From positions 1-47,574 of the forward strand of contig JBBISH010000038.1 of the NCBI GenBank assembly GCA_037441385.1: DNA of 47,574 nucleotides, read 5' to 3'. This stretch comes from Myxococcales bacterium. GTDB lineage: Bacteria > Myxococcota_A > UBA9042. Positions 19,713 to 29,958 of this stretch are shown here, piece by piece. The notes beneath the pieces are model-generated. The model worked only from the letters and a program-made list of their open reading frames with translations. It made no database searches and had not been told where the DNA came from. The position numbers and the translations under genes are program-made. Every line of letters starts with the position of its first letter. The stretch's first letter is position 1.

Positions 19713-22073
19713 ATGACGCCATCGCCAGCGACAAGCATTGCCTTGGGCTGGACTGCCGTTGTGGCCGTTTCGCTTTGGGCCACCCTCGACGCAGGGGACA
19801 ACATGATCGCGGCGCTGGCGGCGGCCGAAGCGCGATCGCATCTTGAACAGGATCATCTGTATCGGCGCTGGGTTGCTAGCCACGGCGGCGTGTACGTGCC
19901 GCCAACAGAGGCCTCGCCGCCCAACCCGTACCTGGACCATGTCCCCAACCGCGATGTGGTCACGCGCGATGGTCAGGCGCTGACGCTCATCAACCCCGCG
20001 TACATGACCAGGCAGGTCTATGCCATGGGGGTCGGCTTGGATGGGCTGCACTCGCACCTGACCAGCCTGCGACCGTTGCGTCCCGAAAATGCCGCAGACA
20101 GCTGGGAAGTCAAGGCGTTGACCGCCTTCGAACGCGGCACGGCCGAGGTGATGGAAGAGGTCGAGAGCAACGGTACCCGCGCCGTCCGCCTGATGCGGCC
20201 GATGATGGTCGAGCAATCCTGTCTCAAGTGCCACGCCAGTCAGGGCTATCACGTGGGGCAGGTCCGGGGCGGCTTGAGTGTGACGGTACCGCTGGCTCGC
20301 TATTCCAATTTTGCCGGTGGTCACGCACGTGAGTTGTGGCTTGCCCACGTCTCGGTCTGGGCCGTTGGATGGCTGGCCCTGTGGCTCGCGGCACGGCGCA
20401 TCCGCAGCGTAGAGGCGGGTCTCCGCCGCAGCCAAGACAGCCTGAACGAGGCGCAGGCGCTGGCGCAAATCGCAAGCTGGGAGTACGACTTGGCCAGCAA
20501 GACCACCAAGTGGTCGGCGCAGATGTATCGCCTCTTGGAAATGCCCGAGCCGCACACCGAGCCGGTGCCGGACGTGATGAGGAAGGCGGTCCATCCCGAC
20601 GATTGGGAGCCGGTTCGCGCGGCCTACTTGCGGTCCCTGCAGACGCGCGGCACGCAGGCGGTGGTGGGGCGGCTGGTTATGCCAGATGGACGGGTCAAGT
20701 TCGTGCAGGCCCACTTCCATACCGAGTGCGGGCCCGACGGCAAGCCCGCTTGCTCGGTCGGCACGATGCAAGACATCACCGAGCGGCATACCGCCGAGCT
20801 GGAGCTGGAGAAACACCGCAGCCACCTTGAAGAATTGGTCAACGAGCGCACGGCCCAGTTGAGCGAAGCCAAGCAGGCGGCCGAGGTGGCCAATCGTGCC
20901 AAGAGCGCGTTCTTGGCCAACATGAGCCACGAGTTGCGCACGCCGCTCAATGCGATTGTGGGCATGGCCGAGCTGGCGCAGCGCGAGGCGACCGACCCCA
21001 AACAGAGCCACCAACTGAGCAATGTGGTCCACGCTTCGCGGCATCTTATTCAGATCATCAACGATATTCTTGATTTGTCCAAGATCGAAGCCGAGCGGCT
21101 GGAGCTGGATCCCGTGGACTTCTTGTTGGCCGATGTCATTGCCAACGTGGTCGGGTTGGTCCGGCGGTCCGCAATGGACAAGAGCCTGCGCTTGCGCGTG
21201 ATTCAACAGCCCGGTTTGGCGCGCAGGCCGCTCCGCGGCGATCGGTTGCGGTTGCAGCAAATCTTGTTGAACTTGTTGGGAAATGCCATCAAGTTTACAC
21301 ATGCCGGCTCGGTCTCTGTGCGGGTCACCGTGCAGTCGGAAGATGGCCGTAGCATCCGCTTGCGGTTCGAAGTGCAAGACACCGGGATCGGCATTGCGCC
21401 AGCGGATATCAAGAGGCTTTTCAATGCGTTTGCTCAGGCCGACGGCTCCAGTACCCGGGTCTATGGCGGCACCGGCCTGGGACTGGCGATCAGCAAGCGG
21501 CTGGTCGGCCTGATGGGGGGCGAGATCGGCGCCGAGAGCGAACCCGGCAAAGGCAGCACCTTCTGGTTTACGGTGCAGGTCGAACCGGGGCGGACGTCGG
21601 CGGGCACACTCGAGTTCCAAGCGGCGCAGGCGTCGAATCGCGATGCCGAGCAGCAGGTGTCTGCCCTGCACGCCGGCAAGCGCGTGCTGCTGGTCGAAGA
21701 CGACAGCATGAATCAAGAGTTGGCGACTGAACTGCTCCAGGCCGTGCGCCTGCAGGTGGACGTGGCTGGCGACGGGGACGAGGCGATGGCCATGGCCCGC
21801 CAGACTCGCTACGACGCGATCTTGATGGACGTGCAAATGCCCCGCTGCGACGGTTTGGCCGCCACGCGCGCGATCCGCGCTGAGTCGCTCAATCGCGACA
21901 CGCCGATCTTGGCCTTGACGGCGGGCGCTTTTGACGAAGACCGCGAGCAATGCCTGGCGGCGGGCATGACCGACCACGTGGCCAAGCCGATTGACCCAGC
22001 CCAACTCTACGCGGCGCTTTTGTGTTGGCTCGATTCTGGAGCCGCCATCGCATCAGGCGACGCTGGCCTGTAG
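19713..22073 (+). CDS. Hybrid sensor histidine kinase with periplasmic heme-c (DUF3365-like) sensor, PAS, HisKA, HATPase and receiver domains
   Basis: HGGVYVP, INPAYMTRQ and CLKCH; MSHELRTP; NAIKFT; DTGIG; GGTGLGL; receiver LMDVQMP and KP. Confidence 0.92.
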   Translation: MTPSPATSIALGWTAVVAVSLWATLDAGDNMIAALAAAEARSHLEQDHLYRRWVASHGGVYVPPTEASPPNPYLDHVPNRDVVTRDGQALTLINPAYMTRQVYAMGVGLDGLHSHLTSLRPLRPENAADSWEVKALTAFERGTAEVMEEVESNGTRAVRLMRPMMVEQSCLKCHASQGYHVGQVRGGLSVTVPLARYSNFAGGHARELWLAHVSVWAVGWLALWLAARRIRSVEAGLRRSQDSLNEAQALAQIASWEYDLASKTTKWSAQMYRLLEMPEPHTEPVPDVMRKAVHPDDWEPVRAAYLRSLQTRGTQAVVGRLVMPDGRVKFVQAHFHTECGPDGKPACSVGTMQDITERHTAELELEKHRSHLEELVNERTAQLSEAKQAAEVANRAKSAFLANMSHELRTPLNAIVGMAELAQREATDPKQSHQLSNVVHASRHLIQIINDILDLSKIEAERLELDPVDFLLADVIANVVGLVRRSAMDKSLRLRVIQQPGLARRPLRGDRLRLQQILLNLLGNAIKFTHAGSVSVRVTVQSEDGRSIRLRFEVQDTGIGIAPADIKRLFNAFAQADGSSTRVYGGTGLGLAISKRLVGLMGGEIGAESEPGKGSTFWFTVQVEPGRTSAGTLEFQAAQASNRDAEQQVSALHAGKRVLLVEDDSMNQELATELLQAVRLQVDVAGDGDEAMAMARQTRYDAILMDVQMPRCDGLAATRAIRAESLNRDTPILALTAGAFDEDREQCLAAGMTDHVAKPIDPAQLYAALLCWLDSGAAIASGDAGL

Positions 22074-22143
22074 CCGCCCGGACACGCGTTGATCCGGCAT
22101 GCGCGCGATTCCCGCAGCCGGCGGCCAATTGCCTTGGACGCAG

Positions 22144-22194
22144 TCCATCTGAATCGGGCCGAAAACTCTGGCAATTCTTGGGGCTTGAACCGGG
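22144..22194 (+). repeat. Dispersed 51-bp intergenic repeat, copy 2
   Basis: 43/51 identical to 12792-12842. Confidence 0.75.
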
Positions 22195-22201
22195 CATCGC
22201 A

Positions 22202-25200
22202 TCAATGGTCGACCGCGACGGAACGGGCCTGCAGCGGTGCTCCGTGGCGCATCGTGTTGATCGCCAGGCTGGTGGCATGCAAGTGGCTGCGAACCACCAA
22301 CTCGGGCCGTTGTAGCGGCGGCCACACTCCGGGCGTCAGCACCGCGCGGAGGTGGTCTTGCGGCGCGGCGTCGGCGGCGGCGTGTGCATGGGCAAATGGC
22401 ACCGCAAAAGCCAGCGCAGGGCTCCAGTCACTGGCCCAGCCATCCAGGATGACCGCTGCGATGTGCGGGCGCAGCAAATGGTGCGCCAAGGTGTCGGCAT
22501 TGGGCACGCTGATCACGTGCAGCAGGGCCGGCTGACCCAGCGCCGCCGCCAGTTGCCGCCACGCTTGCGCCGCTGACGCCGAACAAGCCAACACTTCTAT
22601 AGGGTTGTGGACGCAGAGCGCCGCCACCGCATGCACCACCGCGTGGGCAGAGACGGCCGCCCGACCCGCCAGGACCACCGCGGCGCCTTTGGGGTGTTGC
22701 CAGCGGTTGTAGCTAATCTGCCCTGGGATTGCCCGGTTCTGGTCGCTGCCGTGCTCCGGGGCGTGCAAGTGGCCGGTGCTCCAGGCCAGGGTCTGGGCGA
22801 CCAGGGCGGCGGCGTCGGCGTGCAGACCGCTTGCCGCGTGCTGGTCCTGCCAGGCGGCCCACATGGCGGCGCTGCTGTGCGGTTCGCTGTGGTCGCCGTG
22901 CGCGTCGTGGTCGCCTGGGTCGTGACCGTGGCCGGCAGCCTGCGGCAAATCGGCAAGGATGGTCTGGGCTTCGCGGTCAAGGGGTGCCGTGGGCTCGGCT
23001 GGGAGCTGCAGCATCGCACCCAGGTAGTCGCGTCCGCCGGCCTTGGGCCCGGTGCCCGACATGCGGAAACCGCCAAACGGCTCGACCGCCACACGCGCGC
23101 CCGTGATGCCGCGATTGATGTACAAGTTGCCGACATAGCTGCGATCGCCTAGCCAGTCGGTGTCGACATCGCTCTGGGCAAAGATCCCGCCCGTCAGCGA
23201 GTACACGGGCGCGCGCCATACCGCCACGGCCTCGTCTAGGTCGGCGAACGGGATCAAGTGCACGATAGGGCCGAACAATTCGCGCTGGGCCTGGCTGCCT
23301 GGCTGCAGCGCCGTGGCGGCGGGCAGGGTCACCACCACCGGGCCGACCACGGTGGCGTCGGCCAGCTCGGCGCTTTGGGCGCTGTGGCTGCGGTCGACCA
23401 AGACCTTGCCGCCGCTTTGCACGGCTTCGGCCATGACCAAGGTGGCGTCGCGGCGCAGCCGTGCCTGATCCTCCAGCGAAACCACAGGGTTGATTCGCGT
23501 GCCGGGCGAGTGTGCCAAGCCCACGCGCCAGTCGGCGGCCGCCTTGGCAAACCGCGCGCAGAAGGGCTCGAAGATGCGTTGGTCAACGAGAATCCGCGAC
23601 GCGGCCGAGCACTTCTGACCGGCGTGGCCAAAGGCCGACCGGAGCGCGCCGCTGACCGCCTCGTCCAAGTCGGCGTTGCCAGTGACCACGATGGCGTTCT
23701 TGCCGCCCATCTCGGTGATGGCGAGCGCGGTGTGGGCGCCCTTGGTGCGGGTCGCCATGCTGCGGTGCAACAGGGTGCCCACGGCCTTGGATCCGGTGAA
23801 AACTACGCCGTCCACCTCGGGATTTTCGACCAGCGGCGCGCCGACGCTGGGTCCATCGCCTACGACATGTTGCAGTGCAGCATGCGGCACACCCGCGTCG
23901 TGCAGCAGCTGGACTAGCCGCTCGACGACCAGGGGCGTCTGCTCGGCCGACTTGAGGAGCACCGCGTTGCCGGCCACCAGCGCCGCGCTGGCCATGCCGC
24001 AGGGGATTGCCAGTGGGAAGTTCCATGGCGCCACGACCGCCAGTACGCCCCGCGCCGCGGCCTCTGGAAATTCCGCAGCCAGACGCAGGGCTTCGCGCGC
24101 ATAGAACTGCAGGAAATCGATCGCTTCGTCCACGTCGCCCAGGGCCTCGGCTCGCGACTTGCCCGACTCGTGCATGATGAGGGCGGCCAACTCCGGGCGC
24201 TCGCATCGCATTTGCTCGGCGGCGCGCAGCAGGGTCGCCGCGCGCACTCCTGCCGGCACACCCGCCCACTCAGGCGCGATTTGCCTAGCGCGAATCACGG
24301 CTTGTGCAACGTCCTCGGCCGTGGCGCTGGCGATCTCGCCCACCACAAAGTTCTGGTTCGACGGCGACCGCACCGCGACCGGCCCACCCTTGCGCTCCGC
24401 GGTTTGCACCAGGACCTTGGGCTCAAAGCTCTGGAGCGCCGCGTCGACCACGGCGCGGTGGTCTGGGTGATACAGCCGCAGAGGCGCGGTGTTGTAGAAC
24501 TCGGGCGTCTGACCCGCCGGCACGGCCGTTAGTTGCGGATCGCGCGGCAGCTCGCCCAGCTGATGGCGTGCGCGCACCAGGGCCAGCGGCGGCCGCATCA
24601 GCACGTTCAGGTCCACGCCGTGGCGAGCCGCAGTCAGCACGCCGACTTGCGAGCTGTTCTCTAGGATGCGCCGCACCAAATACGCCATCCCCACCAGCAG
24701 GCTGCCCACGGGCACGTAGTTGCGCACCGCCCAGCCGTGCTGCGCCATCGCGGTGCTCAGCGCCTCGTACGTCATGTGCAGAGCCTGGTGCTCGACCGCA
24801 GGCGCCTCCGGGTACAGAACCTGGCGCGCCGCCTCAGCAAAGCAATGGTCGCGCAGGTTGTGGCTCCCCACGCACAACTGCACCACGTCGCCGTTGGCCA
24901 GGATGTGCAGCGACAAGGCCTGGTACATCACGTCCGTTTCGTTCTTGTCCAAGAACTGCGGGGCCGGGTGATCGTGGGCATCGGCTTCGATCGTCTCGGC
25001 ATCCCAATAGGCACCCTTGACCAGGCGCAGCGGCATCCGCACGCCGCGTCGGCGGGCATAGGCGATCACTTCGCGGCAATGCTCTGCCGCGTCGCGGAGA
25101 TAGGCCTGCACCACGATGCCTGCGCCCGTCCAGGATTGCAGGGCCGGGTTGCTGTCCAAGGCCCGACGCAGCATGGCAAACGTCAGGTTGCGCACCGAGT

Positions 25201-26410
25201 AATGCTCCGCATCCAGGTTGATGAAGACCTGCCGCTGATGCGCCTCGGCAAAAATCGAGCCCAGACGCGGACCTACGCGCTGCCAGGTGCCGTCCTCGTC
25301 GTCGGGATCGTAGTCCGAGCATAGCGCCGACACTTTGACCGACACGTGCGCCCGCTCGATCCCCGCCGCGTTGCGCTCGCCCGCGGCAAAACCGGTGCCC
25401 GCGGCCCGCACCAGGCCCAGCACGCGCTCGCAGTAGACATCGGCCTCGGGCTCGCTCACCACCAACTCGCCGAGCTGGTCCAGGGTCGCGTCGCGGCCGC
25501 TAGCCCGCAATTGCGCAAGCGCTGGGCCGGCTTCTTGCATGTCCTGGCCCGCGATGAAGGTCCGCGCCACTTGCTGGGCCACTCTGCGGGTCGCCCGAGC
25601 CACCACGCTGGCCGGCAGAATCCGCACCAGCCACGCGCCGATCGCGACGCCGATCGCCAGCCACCAGGGCAGGGTGTCTTGGGCGTGGCCGGCCTGCGCC
25701 GCCAAGTCCGAATCCCGTTGCAGCGCCGCGAGCATTTGCCCCAGCAGCCGCGCCACCTCGTCACCGCGCTGGTCGTGGTCCAGGGCCGGCAATCCGGCGA
25801 CAAAACGCAGGCCGTGCAAACGCAAAGGTTCGCAGTTGCTGGCCAATTCCAGGCCCCACTGGTTCAGGTTTTCGCGCACGCCGGGCCGATAGGCGCGCAT
25901 CGGCTGGTTGACCAGCGCGGCCAGACGCGCCGTTTCGCTCCAAATCGTCTGTGCTTGTGGGTGATCGCCCGCGGCGATTTGCGCCTCGGTGTGCAGTTCG
26001 GCGTCGGCCAGGGCGACTTCGACCGTGGCGCGCGGCGTATCCCGCAGGGCGGCGTGCCACGCCCCGACCAGTTCGTTCAGGGCGTACCAGCGGGCCAGTT
26101 GCTCGCCGGTGGCCGCGCCCTGCGTGGCCTGAACCAGCAGTTGCTCGGTTGCGAACCGCTCGGAACCCAGCGCCAACTCGTGCTTTTCCGGCTGGACAGC
26201 CACGCACAGCTGCACGCCCTGCACGTCGATCAGGCCGCGCCAGGGTCTTTGGTCGGACTGGGCGGGCAAGAGCCGCAGCAGGGCGACTCGGCACGCGTCG
26301 CTGATGCGGTCGCCGCTGAGCACGGCGCGAGAAAGGTCTTGCGAGAAGCGAACTTGCCAGGCGCCCGCCGGCGCGGCCAAGGTGGCGCTGAGGGTCTGGG
26401 GCAACAACAT
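22202..26410 (-). CDS. putA: Bifunctional proline dehydrogenase / P5C dehydrogenase
   Basis: RLVKGAYWD and YLVRRILEN (PRODH); PWNFP, FTGS, EMGGKNA, GQKCSA, ELFGP and EPFGG (ALDH); GGAG RBS. Confidence 0.9.
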   Translation of the reverse strand: MLLPQTLSATLAAPAGAWQVRFSQDLSRAVLSGDRISDACRVALLRLLPAQSDQRPWRGLIDVQGVQLCVAVQPEKHELALGSERFATEQLLVQATQGAATGEQLARWYALNELVGAWHAALRDTPRATVEVALADAELHTEAQIAAGDHPQAQTIWSETARLAALVNQPMRAYRPGVRENLNQWGLELASNCEPLRLHGLRFVAGLPALDHDQRGDEVARLLGQMLAALQRDSDLAAQAGHAQDTLPWWLAIGVAIGAWLVRILPASVVARATRRVAQQVARTFIAGQDMQEAGPALAQLRASGRDATLDQLGELVVSEPEADVYCERVLGLVRAAGTGFAAGERNAAGIERAHVSVKVSALCSDYDPDDEDGTWQRVGPRLGSIFAEAHQRQVFINLDAEHYSVRNLTFAMLRRALDSNPALQSWTGAGIVVQAYLRDAAEHCREVIAYARRRGVRMPLRLVKGAYWDAETIEADAHDHPAPQFLDKNETDVMYQALSLHILANGDVVQLCVGSHNLRDHCFAEAARQVLYPEAPAVEHQALHMTYEALSTAMAQHGWAVRNYVPVGSLLVGMAYLVRRILENSSQVGVLTAARHGVDLNVLMRPPLALVRARHQLGELPRDPQLTAVPAGQTPEFYNTAPLRLYHPDHRAVVDAALQSFEPKVLVQTAERKGGPVAVRSPSNQNFVVGEIASATAEDVAQAVIRARQIAPEWAGVPAGVRAATLLRAAEQMRCERPELAALIMHESGKSRAEALGDVDEAIDFLQFYAREALRLAAEFPEAAARGVLAVVAPWNFPLAIPCGMASAALVAGNAVLLKSAEQTPLVVERLVQLLHDAGVPHAALQHVVGDGPSVGAPLVENPEVDGVVFTGSKAVGTLLHRSMATRTKGAHTALAITEMGGKNAIVVTGNADLDEAVSGALRSAFGHAGQKCSAASRILVDQRIFEPFCARFAKAAADWRVGLAHSPGTRINPVVSLEDQARLRRDATLVMAEAVQSGGKVLVDRSHSAQSAELADATVVGPVVVTLPAATALQPGSQAQRELFGPIVHLIPFADLDEAVAVWRAPVYSLTGGIFAQSDVDTDWLGDRSYVGNLYINRGITGARVAVEPFGGFRMSGTGPKAGGRDYLGAMLQLPAEPTAPLDREAQTILADLPQAAGHGHDPGDHDAHGDHSEPHSSAAMWAAWQDQHAASGLHADAAALVAQTLAWSTGHLHAPEHGSDQNRAIPGQISYNRWQHPKGAAVVLAGRAAVSAHAVVHAVAALCVHNPIEVLACSASAAQAWRQLAAALGQPALLHVISVPNADTLAHHLLRPHIAAVILDGWASDWSPALAFAVPFAHAHAAADAAPQDHLRAVLTPGVWPPLQRPELVVRSHLHATSLAINTMRHGAPLQARSVAVDH

Positions 26411-26543
26411 GGCGATCTCCGCGGGCCCGCCAACGGTGGGTACCAGGCAGGCGCCCGGCAGGATAAGCCTCTCCAGATCGATGCAAAAGGACCACAGCAG
26501 CCGCAACGGCGGCTCCGCGTCACAGCACTGTGGTGGGCGGCGG

Positions 26544-27116
26544 CTACGGTTGGCGGTGATTTCGCCAAAGGACAAAGCCGTAGCCGGCCAGGCCGGCACA
26601 CCCGGCGGCGGTCACCAAGGTGAGCCAATTGCCCTGGCGTGGCACCAGCGCCGAGGCGAGGAAGTAGCCGCCAAAAACCACCCCAGCCAGCATGGCCTGC
26701 AAGCCCAGCCGCCGCAGCCGATCGCTGCGCTGGCCCGTGATGGCGCGGTCGGTCGCGGCCAGCGCGTCGGCAACCTGTTGGGCGGTCTCGGCTTTGAGGC
26801 CCTGACCAGTCAAGCTCTGGGCCAGAGCCGCCACGCGCTCGGGGTCCACGTCTGCGGATTCGGGATCCAGGCGCAGCGCTCGGCGCAGGGGTACGGCGTC
26901 GATCCCTACCGCGGCCGGGGCATCGGCATCGGGGCGGCTGGCCGGGCGGATTCCGGTGATCTGCTCGAGCACATCGTCGGCCAAGCGCGGCGCCAGCCCC
27001 TCGCGCTCCAAAGCGGCGGCGATGTCGGCGTGATGCGCGCCTTCGGTAGACAAGTCCTCGATTTGTGCGACCAAGTCTTCGGCCGCGCTGGCTGGTGTCC
27101 AATCCGTGGTGGCCAT
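26544..27116 (-). CDS. Hypothetical membrane protein with two C-terminal TM helices
   Basis: AAGGAGG RBS; two short helical repeats then hydrophobic segments. Confidence 0.7.
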   Translation of the reverse strand: MATTDWTPASAAEDLVAQIEDLSTEGAHHADIAAALEREGLAPRLADDVLEQITGIRPASRPDADAPAAVGIDAVPLRRALRLDPESADVDPERVAALAQSLTGQGLKAETAQQVADALAATDRAITGQRSDRLRRLGLQAMLAGVVFGGYFLASALVPRQGNWLTLVTAAGCAGLAGYGFVLWRNHRQP

Positions 27117-27208
27117 CGCGCCCTCCTTGGCGAGCCGGCTGCTTGCCTGCTATTGGCCCGCCGCCTATCTTGCGTCTTCGGTGGCCCATCGCCACCCAAG
27201 GCCTTGGT

Positions 27209-27988
27209 ATGCCGCTTCTCTCTGCGCTGAATCTGCCCCCAGCCTTGCTCGACATGCGCCGCCGCGTCGGGCCGCTGATCTTTGGCTGGATGGCCGCCAT
27301 CGCCGCGATTCACTTGGTGTTCTTGCTGGCCGTGGGGCTGCTGCACAGCGGCGCGGCTCTGCAAGTCTACGATGACTGGCTGGCCTTGTCGCCCGGTAAC
27401 CTGCTGCGTGGCCGCGTGTGGACGTTGGCGACCTATGCTTTCTTGCACGATCTGCGCGACCTGTGGCACATCGTCGGCAACTTGCTGGGTCTGTGGTTCT
27501 TTGGCCCTCCGGCCGTGCGCGGTCTGGGTCAGCGGCGGACGCTGCGCATGGCGGCGGCGGCGGCCGTGGTAGGCGGCTTGTTGCAGGTGGGCTGGCAGTT
27601 CTGGATTGGCCGCGACGCGCCCATCATCGGCAGTTCGGCGGGGGTCTTGGCGCTTCTGGCCACCTTCTCCTGGCAGCAGCCCGATGCCGAGATTCGTCTG
27701 TTCTTCGCGATTCCAGTCCGATCGCGCTACTTGGTGCCGATTCTGCTGGGGCTCGACGTGCTGCTGGTGCTGTCTGGCTCGCCGATTGCCCTGGCGGCCC
27801 ACCTGGGCGGCGTACTGGTGGCTTGGTGGATGGTTCGCGCCGGTGGCAATTGGCGGGTCGCGCAGGCGCACTTGCAGGCCGGCGTCCAGGTACTCCTGGG
27901 CGGCAGGGCACGCAAGGCCACGCGATTTCAGGTAATCGATGGCGGCAAGGGGCCGAGCAAACCGCCGAGCAAGTGGGATGTGAATTGA
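27209..27988 (+). CDS. Rhomboid-family intramembrane serine protease
   Basis: WTLATYAFLH, HIVGN, GSSAG catalytic Ser and AHLGG catalytic His; start codon uncertain (27209 or 27254). Confidence 0.88.
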   Translation: MPLLSALNLPPALLDMRRRVGPLIFGWMAAIAAIHLVFLLAVGLLHSGAALQVYDDWLALSPGNLLRGRVWTLATYAFLHDLRDLWHIVGNLLGLWFFGPPAVRGLGQRRTLRMAAAAAVVGGLLQVGWQFWIGRDAPIIGSSAGVLALLATFSWQQPDAEIRLFFAIPVRSRYLVPILLGLDVLLVLSGSPIALAAHLGGVLVAWWMVRAGGNWRVAQAHLQAGVQVLLGGRARKATRFQVIDGGKGPSKPPSKWDVN

Positions 27989-28082
27989 CGTGAACGGAGC
28001 GCGACTGGGAGGGAATCCCGGTCCACAGCGGCGCGCCGGGTCTGCGCCGCCGTGGCCCCGGTTCTGGGTCGAGGCAGGCTGC

Positions 28083-29432
28083 CTACTTGGGGGCAGCGCT
28101 GGCCTTTTCGATGCACTTCTTGGCCGCTTCAGCTACGCTGGCATCCGCGTCACCGGTGAGCTTCTTGCAGGCGGCCACCGACTTGGGTCCGCCGAGGGCG
28201 CCCAGCGAGGTCAAGACGTAGCGGCGGTCCGACGCGGTCGCGACTTTGGCCTTCAAGATCGCGTCGGCGGCGGCGCGCAGGGCCTTGTCGCCGTCGGCAT
28301 TGTCCTTGAAGCGGCCGCTGGTGGCGGCGGCGTAGATGACTTCCATGTAGGCCGTGGCCACGCCCGGCTTGTCGCCGTTGGCGGCGAAGTGCTTGGCCAC
28401 GGCCGTGAGGCCGTCCAGTTCGATGATGCGGCCCAAGGCGCCGCCAATCGAGACCAGGGGCACCTTGGTCGCGCCGCCGGTCAGCAATTCCACAAGCTTG
28501 TCCTGGGCTTTCTTGGCCTCTGGCGTGGCCGGCTTGGTGCTGCCCAGCCCCGACGCCGCGGCGCGCGCCACCCCTAGCAGCGGATCGTCGGCCAAGCCGA
28601 CCAGCACATCGACCACCTCTGGCTTGTCGCGCGCCACGGTGGCCAGCGAACTGACCGCTTCACTGCGCACGTCTTCGTCGTCAGAGGCGTCAAAGGCCAC
28701 GCCGCGAAGCGCGCCAAAGATGTCGGGCACGTCCTTGGACACCCAGCCCGCGTGGCGAATCAACTCGCGCCGACCGCCGGTGGACTTGATGGTCTTGTCC
28801 TTGAAAGCGGCCAGCATGGCCTTGCGGACGTCGCCGTCTTTGGACCACCAGTTGCCCAGCACATTGGCGATGCCGTAGCCCACGTAGTTGTCTTCCTTGT
28901 CTAGCTTCTTCAGCGCATCCAGCAGGTCGCCCGCCATCTTGGCGTTGTCTTCGTACGCTTTGCCGCCACGGTAGGCCTTGGACCAGGCGGCGTAGGCGGC
29001 GCAGCTGCGCGCCTTCAGGTCCGTGCCGTGCAGCAACTGGTCGATGATGGCTTCGTAGACTTGGCCAAAGCGCTTGGGGTCCTTCTCGCGGCCCTCGTAG
29101 GCCGCCTTGCTCGTCTCGATGAGCTTGAAGTTGGCCGGGCACTTGTCTTTGGCATACAGGTCCGAGGTGTCCTCGCACTTGGCAATCTCGGGCCACAGGG
29201 GCGCTAGCTCGGCCACGGCAGGGTTGTCCGAGGCCGCGGGCGCCGCCGGAGCCGCGGGCGCCGCCGGTGCCGCCGCAGGTTCGGCTGCCTTGGCCAGTTC
29301 TTTGGCGGGTTCCTCCGCCTTGGCAGCGGGTGCCGGGGCGGCGGGAGTTTCGGGAGCCTTGCCCTTGCAGCCCGAGACGGCCAGGCAAGCGGAGAGAGCG
29401 GTCGACGTAATGAACCAAGTAGATCGGCGCAT
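28083..29432 (-). CDS. Lipoprotein with Ala/Pro linker and HEAT-like repeats
   Basis: Lipobox VSGC; APAAPAAP linker; repeated DxDxxVRxxAxxxLG-like units. Confidence 0.8.
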   Translation of the reverse strand: MRRSTWFITSTALSACLAVSGCKGKAPETPAAPAPAAKAEEPAKELAKAAEPAAAPAAPAAPAAPAASDNPAVAELAPLWPEIAKCEDTSDLYAKDKCPANFKLIETSKAAYEGREKDPKRFGQVYEAIIDQLLHGTDLKARSCAAYAAWSKAYRGGKAYEDNAKMAGDLLDALKKLDKEDNYVGYGIANVLGNWWSKDGDVRKAMLAAFKDKTIKSTGGRRELIRHAGWVSKDVPDIFGALRGVAFDASDDEDVRSEAVSSLATVARDKPEVVDVLVGLADDPLLGVARAAASGLGSTKPATPEAKKAQDKLVELLTGGATKVPLVSIGGALGRIIELDGLTAVAKHFAANGDKPGVATAYMEVIYAAATSGRFKDNADGDKALRAAADAILKAKVATASDRRYVLTSLGALGGPKSVAACKKLTGDADASVAEAAKKCIEKASAAPK

Positions 29433-29558
29433 CGTGGCAAATCCTGGCCGACGAACAATGTCGGACTGGGGCGATGATACGCCTTGGGGTCGGGTGGTCA
29501 AGGGTGGCGAAAGTCATGGGGGAATGGGTGAGGCGCGGGAGTGGCCGTCACCCCGATG

Positions 29559-29609
29559 CCCTCACCCCGACGCTGCGCGTCTGCCCCTCCCAACGCTTTG
29601 GGCGAGGGG
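29559..29609 (+). repeat. REP-like element (CCCTCACCCC...CCCCTC-CCAA...TTGGG-GAGGGG)
   Basis: Near-identical reverse-complement copy at 43119-43171; terminal hairpin. Confidence 0.85.
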
Positions 29610-29958
29610 CAATGCAGGTTTTTCGTTGCGGGGCAACGGGTTCAGTGGGCAAGGTGAAGGGCGGAGGACATGGCACGGGGCCTGAAGCGGAACCGCAACC
29701 GGGGCCAGACCCGGAAGCGCAACCAGAATGGGCTGGAGCAATGTCACTTAGGCTGGATCGGTCATGGTACTGTCAACAGGCATGAGCAAGGCGTCAAGGT
29801 CTGGGAAATGGCAAGGTCCGGGTACGAGCGGGCCTCTGGCCCGCGACCGGAAGGAAGTGAGTGAAATCGAGGTGGCGTGGTGGTTGCCGGCGGCTGAAAG
29901 CCGCGCCTGCGCCGTTGCTGTACGGCCCGCGAAGCCATCGTCGCCGACGCGAGGAGGT

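Noticed and set aside
18399..22004. 1201-aa minus-strand ORF
   Set aside because: Antisense shadow of phaC2 and the histidine kinase, typical of high-GC DNA; no motifs.
29670..29740. Short PEAEPQPGPDPEAQPE-like repeat in intergenic DNA
   Set aside because: No convincing start, RBS or codon bias; it may be a remnant but cannot be supported.
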